64,000 bases of DNA from Candidatus Nanosynbacter sp. (GCA_015257455.1 JABZKD010000001.1:72548-136547), one strand, 5' to 3'; positions 8,951 to 19,326 are shown, counted from the stretch's first letter. Translations and numbers: made by a program. Notes: generated from the letters alone by a model not told the origin.

Positions 8951-11512
8951 ATGCCAAATAATCACACATTTGCGACTAAAAAAGTCGCTAAGTCTCTTAT
9001 TTTAGGGGTTAAATTATTTTCCATACGCCAACTTTTCTTTTCTTTATTGATATTATCTAGCTTACTTACACTTAATTTTATTCGGTATTCCTTTTTTGAG
9101 ACACCAAAAACCATAGCAGAAAGTAGCACTCCAACAAGCGCCGACAATCCAACTCTTTCTCTCACTATCGATGGATCTAGTCAGATTAATTACAGCGACA
9201 GTTCGATTACTGAAAAATCAGCCACGACCAATATTAAAGTTAAAACCGACAATGAAACTGGTTACGTAGTAAATTTTTCCAATCAAGCCGCCGATACTAC
9301 ACTCTATAATTCAGACACCTCCAGTAATTCCAAGATCACTTCTATCATAAGTGATACTACCACCCTTCCATCAAACACTTACGGTTGGTCACTAGATAAT
9401 ACTACTTTTCAGCCAATTCCAGCAATTACACAGCCAAAAGATATTATTAAAACCGAAGAGCCAACTAACACAACAGGCGAAACACACGAACTTCATATAA
9501 AAACTAAAATTAATAATACCCTCGATGCTGGCACCTACAGTACCAATCTTACTTTTTCTGTTATCACGAATAACGCTCCAACCCGTGCCGAATTTATGGC
9601 TAATTTCAGTTCCGCACTCAAACAGTATCGTACAGTAAATAATGTTTTAATTTTACCAACTTCATTTAAGCGTTCTCAAAGTGCCCCAAATATATCTATC
9701 CCATTTTTTACCGCATCAAGCCCAACTTCTATTAGTGAAATCAAAGTTTGGATCGACCAAGCATCAAAAACATGCTATTGGTATACAGCAGCCGATATTG
9801 CAAATTTTAATTCTGACTCCGCGGGATTTTTTGGCTTAAATGAAAATTTTACCGAACTCACCGATCTTAGCCTTAAAAATCTAGATGCTAAAAATATTAC
9901 TTTAGCTAACGATATGTTTTCTTCCACCAAGATTACTAATCTAGACTTATCAAAATTTAAAGCCAAAAATCTTACCAACATGAAACGTATGTTTGCAAAT
10001 AACCAAAAAATCGAAAGCCTTGACCTTTCAAAATTCGGAACAAGTAACGTTACTGATATGTCTGAACTTTTTGACGGCAACGAATCTCTCACTAAATTAA
10101 ATATAGAAAACTTTGACACCCAAAATGTCACAACCATGAAAGCCATGTTCAGAAAAGTTGCCGTCAATCCTCTTAGATTAAGTCATTTTAAAACCAGTAA
10201 AGTTAACGATATGTCATACATGTTTCAAGGAGCAAAAACCTCTTTTATTACCGTATATAATTTCGACACCAGCAATGTACGAAATATGACTCACATGTTT
10301 GAAAACATGCCTAATCTTGATTATCTGGTAACCGCCTGCTTCGATACTAGCAATGTGACCGATATGTCATATATGTATGCCAATCTGCCAACTATGCAGA
10401 TGCTAGCCTATGGCCCAGGGGAATTATATGATTACAATACAGGAGGTTTTATTAATAAAACCCAAAATGCCACAAACCTAAGTCATATGTTCTACAATAT
10501 ACCTAATCTTAAACATATAGAAACCGGTTTTGGACTTCGCGCCATCCAAGAACCTAGAAGATTATTGCCAACCCATTGTCAAGATAGATTGAATAGAAGT
10601 CAAAAAAGTGGTCAAATTGCAATGAACACCACAAATGCATTAGACATGTCATATATGTTTAGCTCTATGCCGAAATTAGAATATTTACAGATTGATTTTA
10701 ATACATTCAATACTTCGAACGTTACCAACATGTCGCACATGTTTAGTAATCTTAATAGTTTAACTTGCTTCAGTGACTACGGTGGTGGATGTAATGATTT
10801 TAGTTATGAAAACCCAAATAGTTACGAAGAAGATCAAATAAAAAATCACAATTTTGCCAATATGGACACCTCCAATGTAACCAACATGGAGTCCATGTTT
10901 GAGAATCTAGAATCATATAATTTTATACAAGAACTCCATTACCCGGAATTTCAGAATTATAATTTAATTGGAACAGAAAATTTTAGAAAAGGAAAAATCG
11001 AAAATCTAATTAAATTCGAATACAGTATGCGAAATGTAACAAATGCACGACGTATGTTCGCAAATACCTACAAGAATCAGGCCCTTGATATTACTGGATT
11101 AGAAAGAATTGGAATGGCGGGGCATTTGGATATTACTGAAATGTTTGCTATGGACGAAGCTAATCGTAGTGAATTACTGACCATTTTTGGCGTGTCTGAC
11201 CATTGTAGTGGAGACACACATACCGGTTGGACTGCTTATACTTATAAAGTAAATTTCAATACTCCAAACATTACTGGGACAAATGTATTTAAAAACACCG
11301 AAAAGTTATTTGGCGCATTTCCTCTACCAAATGATACTATTGGAAACCTATCAGATACATCTAAATATTCTAGTTACGATATAAATCATTTCAGCAGCTC
11401 CAATGCGAACGATGCAAGTTTTGCTTCACCTTTTGACTCCACGCATACACACATACGAGAAATCGGTTACTTCTCTGGCATAAAAGATACCTCTAATAGT
11501 GTTTGTAACTAA
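8951..11512 (+). CDS. DUF285/BspA-type leucine-rich-repeat surface protein with N-terminal WxL-like domain
   Basis: N-terminal hydrophobic segment; VKTDNETGY..YGW..AGTYSTNLTFS domain; many FDTSNVTxMxxMF repeats. Confidence 0.85.
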   Translation: MPNNHTFATKKVAKSLILGVKLFSIRQLFFSLLILSSLLTLNFIRYSFFETPKTIAESSTPTSADNPTLSLTIDGSSQINYSDSSITEKSATTNIKVKTDNETGYVVNFSNQAADTTLYNSDTSSNSKITSIISDTTTLPSNTYGWSLDNTTFQPIPAITQPKDIIKTEEPTNTTGETHELHIKTKINNTLDAGTYSTNLTFSVITNNAPTRAEFMANFSSALKQYRTVNNVLILPTSFKRSQSAPNISIPFFTASSPTSISEIKVWIDQASKTCYWYTAADIANFNSDSAGFFGLNENFTELTDLSLKNLDAKNITLANDMFSSTKITNLDLSKFKAKNLTNMKRMFANNQKIESLDLSKFGTSNVTDMSELFDGNESLTKLNIENFDTQNVTTMKAMFRKVAVNPLRLSHFKTSKVNDMSYMFQGAKTSFITVYNFDTSNVRNMTHMFENMPNLDYLVTACFDTSNVTDMSYMYANLPTMQMLAYGPGELYDYNTGGFINKTQNATNLSHMFYNIPNLKHIETGFGLRAIQEPRRLLPTHCQDRLNRSQKSGQIAMNTTNALDMSYMFSSMPKLEYLQIDFNTFNTSNVTNMSHMFSNLNSLTCFSDYGGGCNDFSYENPNSYEEDQIKNHNFANMDTSNVTNMESMFENLESYNFIQELHYPEFQNYNLIGTENFRKGKIENLIKFEYSMRNVTNARRMFANTYKNQALDITGLERIGMAGHLDITEMFAMDEANRSELLTIFGVSDHCSGDTHTGWTAYTYKVNFNTPNITGTNVFKNTEKLFGAFPLPNDTIGNLSDTSKYSSYDINHFSSSNANDASFASPFDSTHTHIREIGYFSGIKDTSNSVCN

Positions 11513-11528
11513 AACTCATTAACTTCAG

Positions 11529-11557
11529 TTGCCAAATCCTCTCTTTTATGCTTTAAT
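11529..11557 (+). promoter_or_regulatory. Sigma70-type promoter of orphan gene
   Basis: TTGCCA-17nt-TTTAAT with TG extension; SD AAGGAGG before ATG 11612. Confidence 0.6.
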
Positions 11558-11611
11558 ATAAACACTTTAGTACCTTAACAGGAAAATCGTATTGTAAAAA
11601 GGAGGGTTACC

Positions 11612-12142
11612 ATGGAAGGTTTCTTAGACAAACGCAAATTAGAAAATGAAGCTAGTTTCAAAGAAGTTTTACACGTTTTAGACGAAGCCTACAATCTTTT
11701 CAGCCTACGATTTTGTTGGTCCGATATGATCGAAACTACCAACACTGAGACCAGAAGAAAAGATTACGACGAACTACAAAACACCACCGATTTCGATCGT
11801 AGATTACGTCTCTGGTATCAGGACAAAAATTCTGCACCGCTCGAAGTGCCCAAGGAGATTCATGCTACTATTTCTGTCGACCGCATTACTAGTGTAATGC
11901 CAAGATGTGCCAAGCAACATGCTAGACACTATCGTAATGATCACATTAAATTTCGCACTTTTCAGTTTAGTGTCAAATCACTTCGGCGTCTATCTAAGGA
12001 GGAAACTCGCAAAATCTATAATGAGTATAGTCTTCCTACTGACCTCTGGGATGCTATTAGTAAAGGCGATGTCTATGTTATTACTACCACCAGTGGCGAA
12101 GAACTAAATCTGGTTCATCGCACTACCGACCAAAAGGCCTAA
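11612..12142 (+). CDS. Hypothetical protein (orphan)
   Basis: 176-aa ORF with strong SD, own promoter and downstream terminator. Confidence 0.75.
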   Translation: MEGFLDKRKLENEASFKEVLHVLDEAYNLFSLRFCWSDMIETTNTETRRKDYDELQNTTDFDRRLRLWYQDKNSAPLEVPKEIHATISVDRITSVMPRCAKQHARHYRNDHIKFRTFQFSVKSLRRLSKEETRKIYNEYSLPTDLWDAISKGDVYVITTTSGEELNLVHRTTDQKA

Positions 12143-12171
12143 TGCCGCCGAAAAACGCAACACAATTTTTC

Positions 12172-12197
12172 ACCCCCGGATTCGGGGGTCTTTTTTA
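12172..12197 (+). terminator. Intrinsic terminator
   Basis: ACCCCCG-GATT-CGGGGGT followed by T-run. Confidence 0.8.
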
Positions 12198-12302
12198 TCC
12201 TAAGTGGGGCCTTTTTATCCTAGGTCATTTACAAAAACCTCTTTACATGCTACAATCTACTTGACAGTCTGGTTATCAGACTATTTTTTATGGAAGGAGT
12301 AT

Positions 12303-12779
12303 ATGGCGCACATCACCCGCATCAAAGCAGGTCAATCTGGGTCAAAAAATTCAGATCAAACCACCAAAGCTTCTGGCAAAAATCCAGAACCTAAAAAACC
12401 GATTCAAGACAACGCCGAAATCCGCGCGGATATCACAGAATCAACAACCAACGACAAAAAGTCCCTTAAAAACGCAAAAAAACTCGCCAAATTAGAGAAA
12501 AAAGCTGAAAAAATCGCCGCCAAAAAGGCCAAAAAAACCTCCGGTGAAAAGTCCAAGAACCCACTCATTCGTTTCTTACTCTTCATCACCACTCCAATTC
12601 GCTCTTTTTTCCGCTATCTCGCCGAATCCTGGCAAGAACTCAAGCAAGTGCGTTGGCCAAATCGTAAAATGACCTGGAAGCTTGTCTTCGCTGTTATTTT
12701 ATACACCGTCATCTTTGCCGCTTTTATTATGGTACTTGACGCATTATTCACATTATTGTTTAATAGTTTATTGAAATAG
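12303..12779 (+). CDS. secE: Preprotein translocase subunit SecE with long Lys-rich N-terminal extension
   Basis: ESWQELKQVRWPNRK motif plus C-terminal TM; SD AAGGAG before ATG 12303; upstream of nusG. Confidence 0.92.
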   Translation: MAHITRIKAGQSGSKNSDQTTKASGKNPEPKKPIQDNAEIRADITESTTNDKKSLKNAKKLAKLEKKAEKIAAKKAKKTSGEKSKNPLIRFLLFITTPIRSFFRYLAESWQELKQVRWPNRKMTWKLVFAVILYTVIFAAFIMVLDALFTLLFNSLLK

Positions 12780-12800
12780 GAAAGAGAAAAAGGAAATCAC

Positions 12801-13349
12801 ATGGCAGTAAACCGTTATGACGACACCCTCCAATGGTACACCGTAAGCACCTACAGTGGCTACGAAGATAAGGTCGCCGAATCCATCAAACAACGTCTCG
12901 ATAGTGCTGAATTCGAAGGCAAAATCCTCGATGCTATCGTACCGAAAGAAAAACAAATCGAAATTAAAAACGGCAAGCGTAAAATCGTCGACCGTAAAAT
13001 CTTCCAAGGCTACGTCCTTGTCCAAATGCGCCTCTCTGATGAAACTTGGTACATCATCCGCAACACCCCAGGTGTCACCGGCTTCGTCGGTACTGGTACT
13101 CAGCCAACCCCAGTTTCCGAAAAGGAAATTAATAAAATCAAGAAGCGTATGGGTGTGGAAGATCCAAAATACTCTGTTAATTACGCGCTTAACGAAGTTA
13201 TCGCCATCACCGACGGTCCATTTAAGGGCTTCGAGGGTACCATCGCCGAAATCGACTCCAGCAAAGGTAAGCTCCGTGTCATGGTCTCCATGTTTGGTCG
13301 CGAAACGCCAGTCGAACTTGACGCCCTTCAAGTTAAAAAAATTGACTAA
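12801..13349 (+). CDS. nusG: Transcription termination/antitermination factor NusG
   Basis: WYTVSTYSGYEDKV, FQGYVLV, NTPGVTGFVG, KOW motif GPFKGFEG, MFGRETPVEL. Confidence 0.98.
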   Translation: MAVNRYDDTLQWYTVSTYSGYEDKVAESIKQRLDSAEFEGKILDAIVPKEKQIEIKNGKRKIVDRKIFQGYVLVQMRLSDETWYIIRNTPGVTGFVGTGTQPTPVSEKEINKIKKRMGVEDPKYSVNYALNEVIAITDGPFKGFEGTIAEIDSSKGKLRVMVSMFGRETPVELDALQVKKID

Positions 13350-13372
13350 TTCCATAAAAATTTCTTTAATCC

Positions 13373-13404
13373 AAAATCAGATCTCGCTCCGGGGTCTGAT
13401 TTTT
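13373..13404 (+). terminator. Intrinsic terminator after nusG
   Basis: AAAATCAGATCTC...GGGGTCTGATTTT stem-loop. Confidence 0.75.
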
Positions 13405-13507
13405 GTTAATCCGAATTTATTATCAAGGCCGTTTTATTATCAAGACTGATTTATTTTAATTGCTTATGCTATAATCAGCTTATAGAAATTTTTAAACGGA
13501 GAATCTA

Positions 13508-14743
13508 ATGGAACCACAAATCCAAGTTAATTCGGAAATTGGTCGCCTCAAAACCGTGCTTCTTCACCGTCCAGGCGAAGAACTCGAGGCTCTCACTCCC
13601 GAATATATGAGCCGTATGCTTTTCGACGACGTGCCATACCTAAAGGTCGCACAAGAAGAACATGACGCCTTCGCTAACGTCTTGCGTGAAAACGGTGTAG
13701 AGGTACTTTACCTCGATCAACTCGCCGCCGAGGCTCTCGCCAATGAAGAAGTGCGTGATCGCTTTATCGTCGAAATGGTTCGCGCCTCTAAGCAAGAGGA
13801 AACTTTCTCAACTTTTGCCATCGTCAACTACCTCCAGTCGCTTGAACCACTCACTATGGTACGCAAAGTCATGGCCGGTGTTAAAAAGAGTGAAGTTGAA
13901 GATATGGAACCTACCAATAAGCAACTTCACCATTTCATGGTCAATGATTATCCATTTTATCTTGATCCAATGCCAAATCTTTATTTCACCCGTGACCCAG
14001 CCGCTTCTATCGGTAATGGTCTCACCATTAACAAGATGCACTGGCCAGCCCGTCGTCGTGAATCACTCTTCATGCAATATATCTTGAAGTATCACCCACG
14101 TTTTGCGAACCAAAATATTCCAGTTTGGTACAATCGCAACAATCGCTTCTCCGTCGAAGGTGGTGATGAATTAGTCTTAAATAAGCACACCGTCGCTATC
14201 GGTATTTCCGAGCGTACGGAAGCTGAAGCTATCGAACGCATCGCTTCACGCCTCTTCCACGACTCCGAATTTACCCGCGTTCTCGCCATTAAGATTCCGG
14301 CCAAGCGCGCCTTCATGCACCTTGATACCGTTTTCACCATGATTGATTACGACAAATTCTCCGTCCATCCAGAAATCATGACTGCCGGTGGTGAACTCGA
14401 TATTTATGTCCTAGACAAATCCAACACTCATGTTGGCTACGAAGTTACCCATCGTCGTGACCTCACTAATGTCTTAGCTGAATCTCTTGGTGTATCAAAA
14501 GTTCAACTCATTCAATGTGGCAATGGCGACCCAATCGCAGCCGCTCGCGAGCAATGGAATGACGGCTCCAATACCCTCGCCATCGCTCCAGGTGTCGTCA
14601 TTACCTACGATCGTAACTACGTTACCAATGAAGCCTTACGTAAAGCCGGTCTCAAAGTTATCGAGGTCGCTGGTAGCGAACTCGGCCGTGGTCGTGGTGG
14701 CCCGCGTTGTATGTCAATGCCACTTTTCAGGGAGGAAATCTAA
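13508..14743 (+). CDS. arcA: Arginine deiminase
   Basis: SEIGRLKTVLLHRPG, PNLYFTRD, EGGD, FMHLDTVFT, GRGRGGPRCMSMP. Confidence 0.98.
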   Translation: MEPQIQVNSEIGRLKTVLLHRPGEELEALTPEYMSRMLFDDVPYLKVAQEEHDAFANVLRENGVEVLYLDQLAAEALANEEVRDRFIVEMVRASKQEETFSTFAIVNYLQSLEPLTMVRKVMAGVKKSEVEDMEPTNKQLHHFMVNDYPFYLDPMPNLYFTRDPAASIGNGLTINKMHWPARRRESLFMQYILKYHPRFANQNIPVWYNRNNRFSVEGGDELVLNKHTVAIGISERTEAEAIERIASRLFHDSEFTRVLAIKIPAKRAFMHLDTVFTMIDYDKFSVHPEIMTAGGELDIYVLDKSNTHVGYEVTHRRDLTNVLAESLGVSKVQLIQCGNGDPIAAAREQWNDGSNTLAIAPGVVITYDRNYVTNEALRKAGLKVIEVAGSELGRGRGGPRCMSMPLFREEI

Positions 14744-15735
14744 TGTTAAATCTCAAAGGTCGCTCATTTTTAACTCTCAAAGACTTTACCCCACGCGAAG
14801 TTCAGACTATGCTGGAAACTGCCAAACAACTCAAAAATAATAAGCTGACTGGCGTTTCTAATAAAAACCACGCAGGGAAGACTATCGCTCTTCTCTTCGA
14901 AAAAGCTTCCACTAGAACTCGTTGCGCCTTCGTTTGTGGTGCTCGCGATCTCGGCATGCATGCTGAATATCTCGGCAAAGATGACATTCAGCTCGGCAAA
15001 AAAGAATCTGTCCGCGACACCGCTTTAGTGCTTGGCCGCATGTTTGACGGTATTGAATTTCGTGGTTTCGCCCATGAGACCGTCGAAGAACTTGCTAAAT
15101 ACGCTGGCGTTCCAGTCTGGAATGGTCTAACCGATAAATTCCATCCAACCCAAGGCCTCGCCGATATGCTGACTATCAAGGAACATGTAGGTTATCTACG
15201 CGGCGCTCACCTCGCTTACGTGGGTGACGGCCGTAATAATGTCGCTAACACCTTAATGATTGCTTCGGCTCTTTTAGGTCTTCATTTTTCCATCGGTACC
15301 CCTAGAGAACTCTTCCCAGAACAATCGCTTATCGATGAATGCAATGTTTTGATTGAAAAATATCAAACCGGCGCCACTATCAAAATCGTGGAAAATCCTT
15401 ACGAAGCCGTCGCCGATGCTGATGCGATTTATACCGATGTCTGGGTTTCCATGGGCGAAGAAGATAAGTTTGAAGAACGCATTAATCTGCTTAAATCCTA
15501 CCAAGTTAATCGTGAACTGATGCAGGCTACTCGCAAGAAAAATACTATTTTCTTGCATTGTTTGCCAGCCTTCCACGATAAGAAAACTAAGATCGGTAAA
15601 GAAGTTCTCGAACAATACGACCTTGATGCCATGGAAGTCTCCGACGAAGTCTTCTACAGTCCAAATAGCGTCGTCTTTGACCAAGCGGAAAACCGAGTTT
15701 ATACCATTGAAGCAGTCATGGATCTAACTCTTTAG
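14743..15735 (+). CDS. arcB: Ornithine carbamoyltransferase (catabolic)
   Basis: STRTRCAF, HPTQ, DGRNNVA, HCLPAFH; ATG overlaps arcA stop (TAATG). Confidence 0.96.
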   Translation: MLNLKGRSFLTLKDFTPREVQTMLETAKQLKNNKLTGVSNKNHAGKTIALLFEKASTRTRCAFVCGARDLGMHAEYLGKDDIQLGKKESVRDTALVLGRMFDGIEFRGFAHETVEELAKYAGVPVWNGLTDKFHPTQGLADMLTIKEHVGYLRGAHLAYVGDGRNNVANTLMIASALLGLHFSIGTPRELFPEQSLIDECNVLIEKYQTGATIKIVENPYEAVADADAIYTDVWVSMGEEDKFEERINLLKSYQVNRELMQATRKKNTIFLHCLPAFHDKKTKIGKEVLEQYDLDAMEVSDEVFYSPNSVVFDQAENRVYTIEAVMDLTL

Positions 15736-15758
15736 ACTGATTTCAGTTTTCCACAATG

Positions 15759-15789
15759 AAAAAAGAAGCAGACCCCCTGCTTCTTTTTT
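15759..15789 (+). terminator. Intrinsic terminator within arc cluster (after arcB)
   Basis: AAAAAAGAAGCAG-ACCCC-CTGCTTCTTTTTT; followed by TGtTATACT -10-like element before arcD. Confidence 0.8.
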
Positions 15790-15843
15790 AGCATAAGTGT
15801 TATACTTGAGTCATATAAACCAAACTTATATGAAAGGACATAT

Positions 15844-17421
15844 ATGGTTGCAAAACCTCAAAAGGTGAAGAAACAACCAAAACAAAAAACCCCTCATACC
15901 AAGAAGGTATCGGCTTTTGCTGTTTTGTTTGCGATCATCGGCCTGATGGCAGCCCTCACCTGGGTTATTCCATCCGGTAAATATAACATGATTAAAGACC
16001 CGAATGATCCGTCTCAGGAAATTCGCGAAGCCGGCACCTACCAGCGCATCGACAAAGTCGAACACATCGTAGACGAAGAGACCGGAGAAGTCACCACTGT
16101 CGACCATCGCCAAGGGCTTTGGGATGTCTTTATGGCACCAATCAAAGGTATGGCTGATCGTCTTGATGTCATCATCTTTGTCTTGATTCTCGGTGGTTTC
16201 CTCGGCATTACCATGAAAACTGGCGCCCTCGATGCCGCACTCGGTGGTCTTCTCAAGAAGATGAACGGTAAAGAAATTTTCCTTATCCCAATCTTGATGA
16301 CCTTATTCGCTATTGGTGGTACCACTTATGGTATGCAAGAAGAAGCTGTCGCCTTTTATGCCCTTATCATTCCAGTCATGATGGCTGCTGGGTATAATTC
16401 CATGACCGCCATGATGATGATTGTCTTAGGTGGCGGAGTCGGTGTGCTAGCTTCCACGGTCAACCCATTTTCTACGGGTATTGCCGCTAGAACCGCTGAC
16501 GTTCAACTCGGCAACATCCTTTGGATTCAAATGCTCGTCCTCGTAGTCATGCTTGTTCTTGCCATTCTTTTTGTCATGAATTACGCCAAGAAGGTCAAAG
16601 CTGGTAAATACGCTGACGATTCTTCCGTCGCTTCCACTTTTAAGCCAATTAATCTCAATAGTGTGCCAGAATATAATTTCAAGCGCCAACTCATCATGGG
16701 GGTTTTCGCTGTCACTTTCGTGATTATGATTATCTCCCTCATCCCTTGGAGTGGTTTTAAAATTGACTTCTTCGATGTTTTACATGAGTTCTTTGCTGGG
16801 GTTCCAGTACTTTCCACTATGCTTGGCGTAAACCACAACGGCGCCCTTGGTACCTGGTACTTTAACGAAATTTCTACCCTTTTCCTCATTTCAACTGTGG
16901 TAATTGCCTTCATCTACCGCAAAGAATTTAGCAAGAAAAATGTCTCCATCACCGACACTTTCATTAAGGGATCGGAAGACCTCTTGAGTGTCGCCGTAAT
17001 CATCGCCGTGGCAGCTGGCGTTGCTATTGTCATGCGCGCCGGTGGTATCGAAGATACCATTATTCACTGGGGTGAAAAAGGCCTCACCAATTTCAATGGT
17101 GGTCTTGTCGGCGTCTTGGCTTACATTTTCTACCTCCCACTTTCCTTCATTATCCCATCCTCCTCTGGCCTCGCTGCGGCTTCCATGCCAATCATTGCGC
17201 CAGTCTCTGAGCTCGTAGGTAGCAACAAAGAAACCATGGTGGTAGCTTTTGCTAATGCTAATGGTTTACTTAACATGTTTGCCCCTACCATCGCCTCATT
17301 AATGGCTGGACTTACCCTATCCGGTGTATCTTACAAAACCTGGATTAAGCGTGTGACTCCACTTATGGTAATCTTCGCTATTATTAGCTTAGTCGCCGTC
17401 TTCGTTATGGGGATGATTTAA
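15844..17421 (+). CDS. arcD: Arginine/ornithine antiporter, YfcC (C4-dicarboxylate anaerobic carrier) family
   Basis: Multi-TM; TWVIPSGKY, GGTTYGMQEE, STVNPFSTGIA, IPSSSGLA motifs; located in arc operon. Confidence 0.88.
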   Translation: MVAKPQKVKKQPKQKTPHTKKVSAFAVLFAIIGLMAALTWVIPSGKYNMIKDPNDPSQEIREAGTYQRIDKVEHIVDEETGEVTTVDHRQGLWDVFMAPIKGMADRLDVIIFVLILGGFLGITMKTGALDAALGGLLKKMNGKEIFLIPILMTLFAIGGTTYGMQEEAVAFYALIIPVMMAAGYNSMTAMMMIVLGGGVGVLASTVNPFSTGIAARTADVQLGNILWIQMLVLVVMLVLAILFVMNYAKKVKAGKYADDSSVASTFKPINLNSVPEYNFKRQLIMGVFAVTFVIMIISLIPWSGFKIDFFDVLHEFFAGVPVLSTMLGVNHNGALGTWYFNEISTLFLISTVVIAFIYRKEFSKKNVSITDTFIKGSEDLLSVAVIIAVAAGVAIVMRAGGIEDTIIHWGEKGLTNFNGGLVGVLAYIFYLPLSFIIPSSSGLAAASMPIIAPVSELVGSNKETMVVAFANANGLLNMFAPTIASLMAGLTLSGVSYKTWIKRVTPLMVIFAIISLVAVFVMGMI

Positions 17422-17423
17422 TT

Positions 17424-18368
17424 ATGGCCAAAATCGTCGTCGCTCTCGGAGGTAATGCTTTAAGCCGTGATGGCAAAGCAACCGCCAAAGATCAACTCGA
17501 AGTCGCCAACCAGACCGCCAAGGAGCTTGCCAAGCTCGTGGCGGCTGGCCACCAGCTCGTCATCGTTCACGGTAATGGACCACAAATCGGTAATATTATC
17601 CTCCACGAAGAGGCTATCAACACCGAAAAAACCCCAACCATGCCAATCGACGTAGCTGGCGCGATGTCGCAAGGTCAAATTGGCTATTGGTTACAGAATG
17701 CCATGCGCAATCAGCTCGAATCGGAAGGGATCAAAAAGCCAATTGCAGCTATCGTGACTCAGGTTTTGGTTTCTAAAGACGATCCAGCTTTTAAGAATCC
17801 GAGCAAGCCAATCGGGCCATTTTACACCGAGGAAGAAGCCAAAAAACTCAGTAAAGAGCGTCATTTCACCGTCAAGGAAGACGCCGGCCGTGGCTGGCGT
17901 AAGGTCGTCCCTTCACCAATGCCACTTTCGATTATTGAATCGGAACTCGTCGAAATCGCCCTCGGCAATGGTGCCATTATCGTGGCCGGTGGTGGTGGCG
18001 GTATCCCCGTTTATTACGACGAATACGGACGTCTAGTTGGCCTCGAAGCTGTCATCGATAAGGATTTCGCCGCCGAAAAACTCGCCGAAACTATCGATGC
18101 CGATATTCTTCTAATTCTCACCGCCGTCGAAAACGTCAAGATTAACTTCAAGAAAGAAAATGAAGAAAATCTCAAAACTCTCACCGCTGACGAGGCCTTT
18201 AAATATATCGCCAAGGGTGAATTTGCCGCCGGTAGCATGTTGCCAAAAATCGAGGCTGGCATTAGCTTCGTTTCCAGTGGCAAAAATCGTACCTGTATTA
18301 TCACCAATCCAGAAAACGCCATCAATGCCATTAACGGCAAGACTGGCACCAAGATTATCGGTGACTAA
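17424..18368 (+). CDS. arcC: Carbamate kinase
   Basis: VALGGNAL, HGNGPQIG, KPIGPFY, EDAGRGWRKVVPSP, AVIDKD, GSMLPK. Confidence 0.98.
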   Translation: MAKIVVALGGNALSRDGKATAKDQLEVANQTAKELAKLVAAGHQLVIVHGNGPQIGNIILHEEAINTEKTPTMPIDVAGAMSQGQIGYWLQNAMRNQLESEGIKKPIAAIVTQVLVSKDDPAFKNPSKPIGPFYTEEEAKKLSKERHFTVKEDAGRGWRKVVPSPMPLSIIESELVEIALGNGAIIVAGGGGGIPVYYDEYGRLVGLEAVIDKDFAAEKLAETIDADILLILTAVENVKINFKKENEENLKTLTADEAFKYIAKGEFAAGSMLPKIEAGISFVSSGKNRTCIITNPENAINAINGKTGTKIIGD

Positions 18369-18397
18369 AGAAACGAGTTTAAGTTAAGTCTTCACAG

Positions 18398-18428
18398 AAA
18401 ATAGGGCTAATTCCGGCTCTATTTTTTT
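18398..18428 (+). terminator. Intrinsic terminator after arcC
   Basis: AAAATAGGGCT...GGCTCTATTTTTTT. Confidence 0.7.
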
Positions 18429-18455
18429 GACTTTTTAGGTTAAAAATGCTATAAT
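18427..18455 (+). promoter_or_regulatory. Near-consensus sigma70 promoter
   Basis: TTGACT-17nt-TATAAT with TG extension. Confidence 0.8.
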
Positions 18456-18494
18456 ATAGATGTCGTTACAGTGTTTCTATCAGGAGGGGATTAT

Positions 18495-19313
18495 ATGAAC
18501 AAAACATTAACGAAGTATTTTGGCAAAACCTCGCTTATGAGGATATGGCACGCCAATATTGATGATTTCACAGAGATACCGGAAGGTCAGAGATTAAAAC
18601 TGTATGCGATTTGCGAAAATCGCCCAGACAATCTCGAAGAAGTGTATAACTTCTTTGACCTACCGGACCCCCTATTTCGTAGTATTCACGACGAAGTAGG
18701 TACGGAGAATGGAGAAAAGCAATATCTCTATCCGTTCATCCAGGGCGCCGCTATTCCAGATCATATCGAAGAAGTGGTGGGTCCCATCGGTACCCAAACT
18801 TCCAAGTATCATCAGGAAAGTCTGAAAGACCACATCGCCTTGGTTGCAAAAAACCTATTCGATGCTGGCCTCAGTGGCACATTAGCCGTTCAGTTAGCGG
18901 TGATGCATGATTTGGGTAAGAAATATACTTCCGCCACCAATAAGGTCGGACAAGTATGTTTCTATAATCATGCAGCCATCTCTGCCCTGATTGCGAAATA
19001 CTGGCTACGCGGAACCAACAGTCAGACTACGGTTAAGCACATTGTGGCAACGATTTATGCCCACATGCTACCTTATACCGATTGGCAGCGCGCTACCGAT
19101 TTTAAAACCGGATTATACAGAGATTTTCGTCATGAATTCGAGCTTCAGCTCAAGGATTTCTATGACGGACACCCTGGTGACATTCAGCGTACTATGGAAT
19201 TGATTGATCTTCTCGCCAAATGCGATGAAGGCATTCAGGAAATTACTCCAGAGTACGAGCAGAAAATCGTCAGCGGTCGCGAGATTATTCATCAATTTCG
19301 CCACGGTGCCTAA
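18495..19313 (+). CDS. HD-domain phosphohydrolase
   Basis: YHQESLKDH...MHDLGK...FYNHAAISA...AHM...CDEG metal-binding pattern; SD GGAGGGG before ATG 18495. Confidence 0.85.
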   Translation: MNKTLTKYFGKTSLMRIWHANIDDFTEIPEGQRLKLYAICENRPDNLEEVYNFFDLPDPLFRSIHDEVGTENGEKQYLYPFIQGAAIPDHIEEVVGPIGTQTSKYHQESLKDHIALVAKNLFDAGLSGTLAVQLAVMHDLGKKYTSATNKVGQVCFYNHAAISALIAKYWLRGTNSQTTVKHIVATIYAHMLPYTDWQRATDFKTGLYRDFRHEFELQLKDFYDGHPGDIQRTMELIDLLAKCDEGIQEITPEYEQKIVSGREIIHQFRHGA

Positions 19314-19326
19314 TTAGTTCTTTAGA

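Noticed and set aside
12768..13449. 195-197 aa ORFs overlapping nusG
   Set aside because: Off-frame and antisense shadows of a highly conserved gene
13405..13507. ARG box or ArcR/Crp site upstream of arcA
   Set aside because: No convincing TGAAT-N-ATTCA or TGTGA-N6-TCACA match; only an extended -10 (TGCTATAAT) is evident
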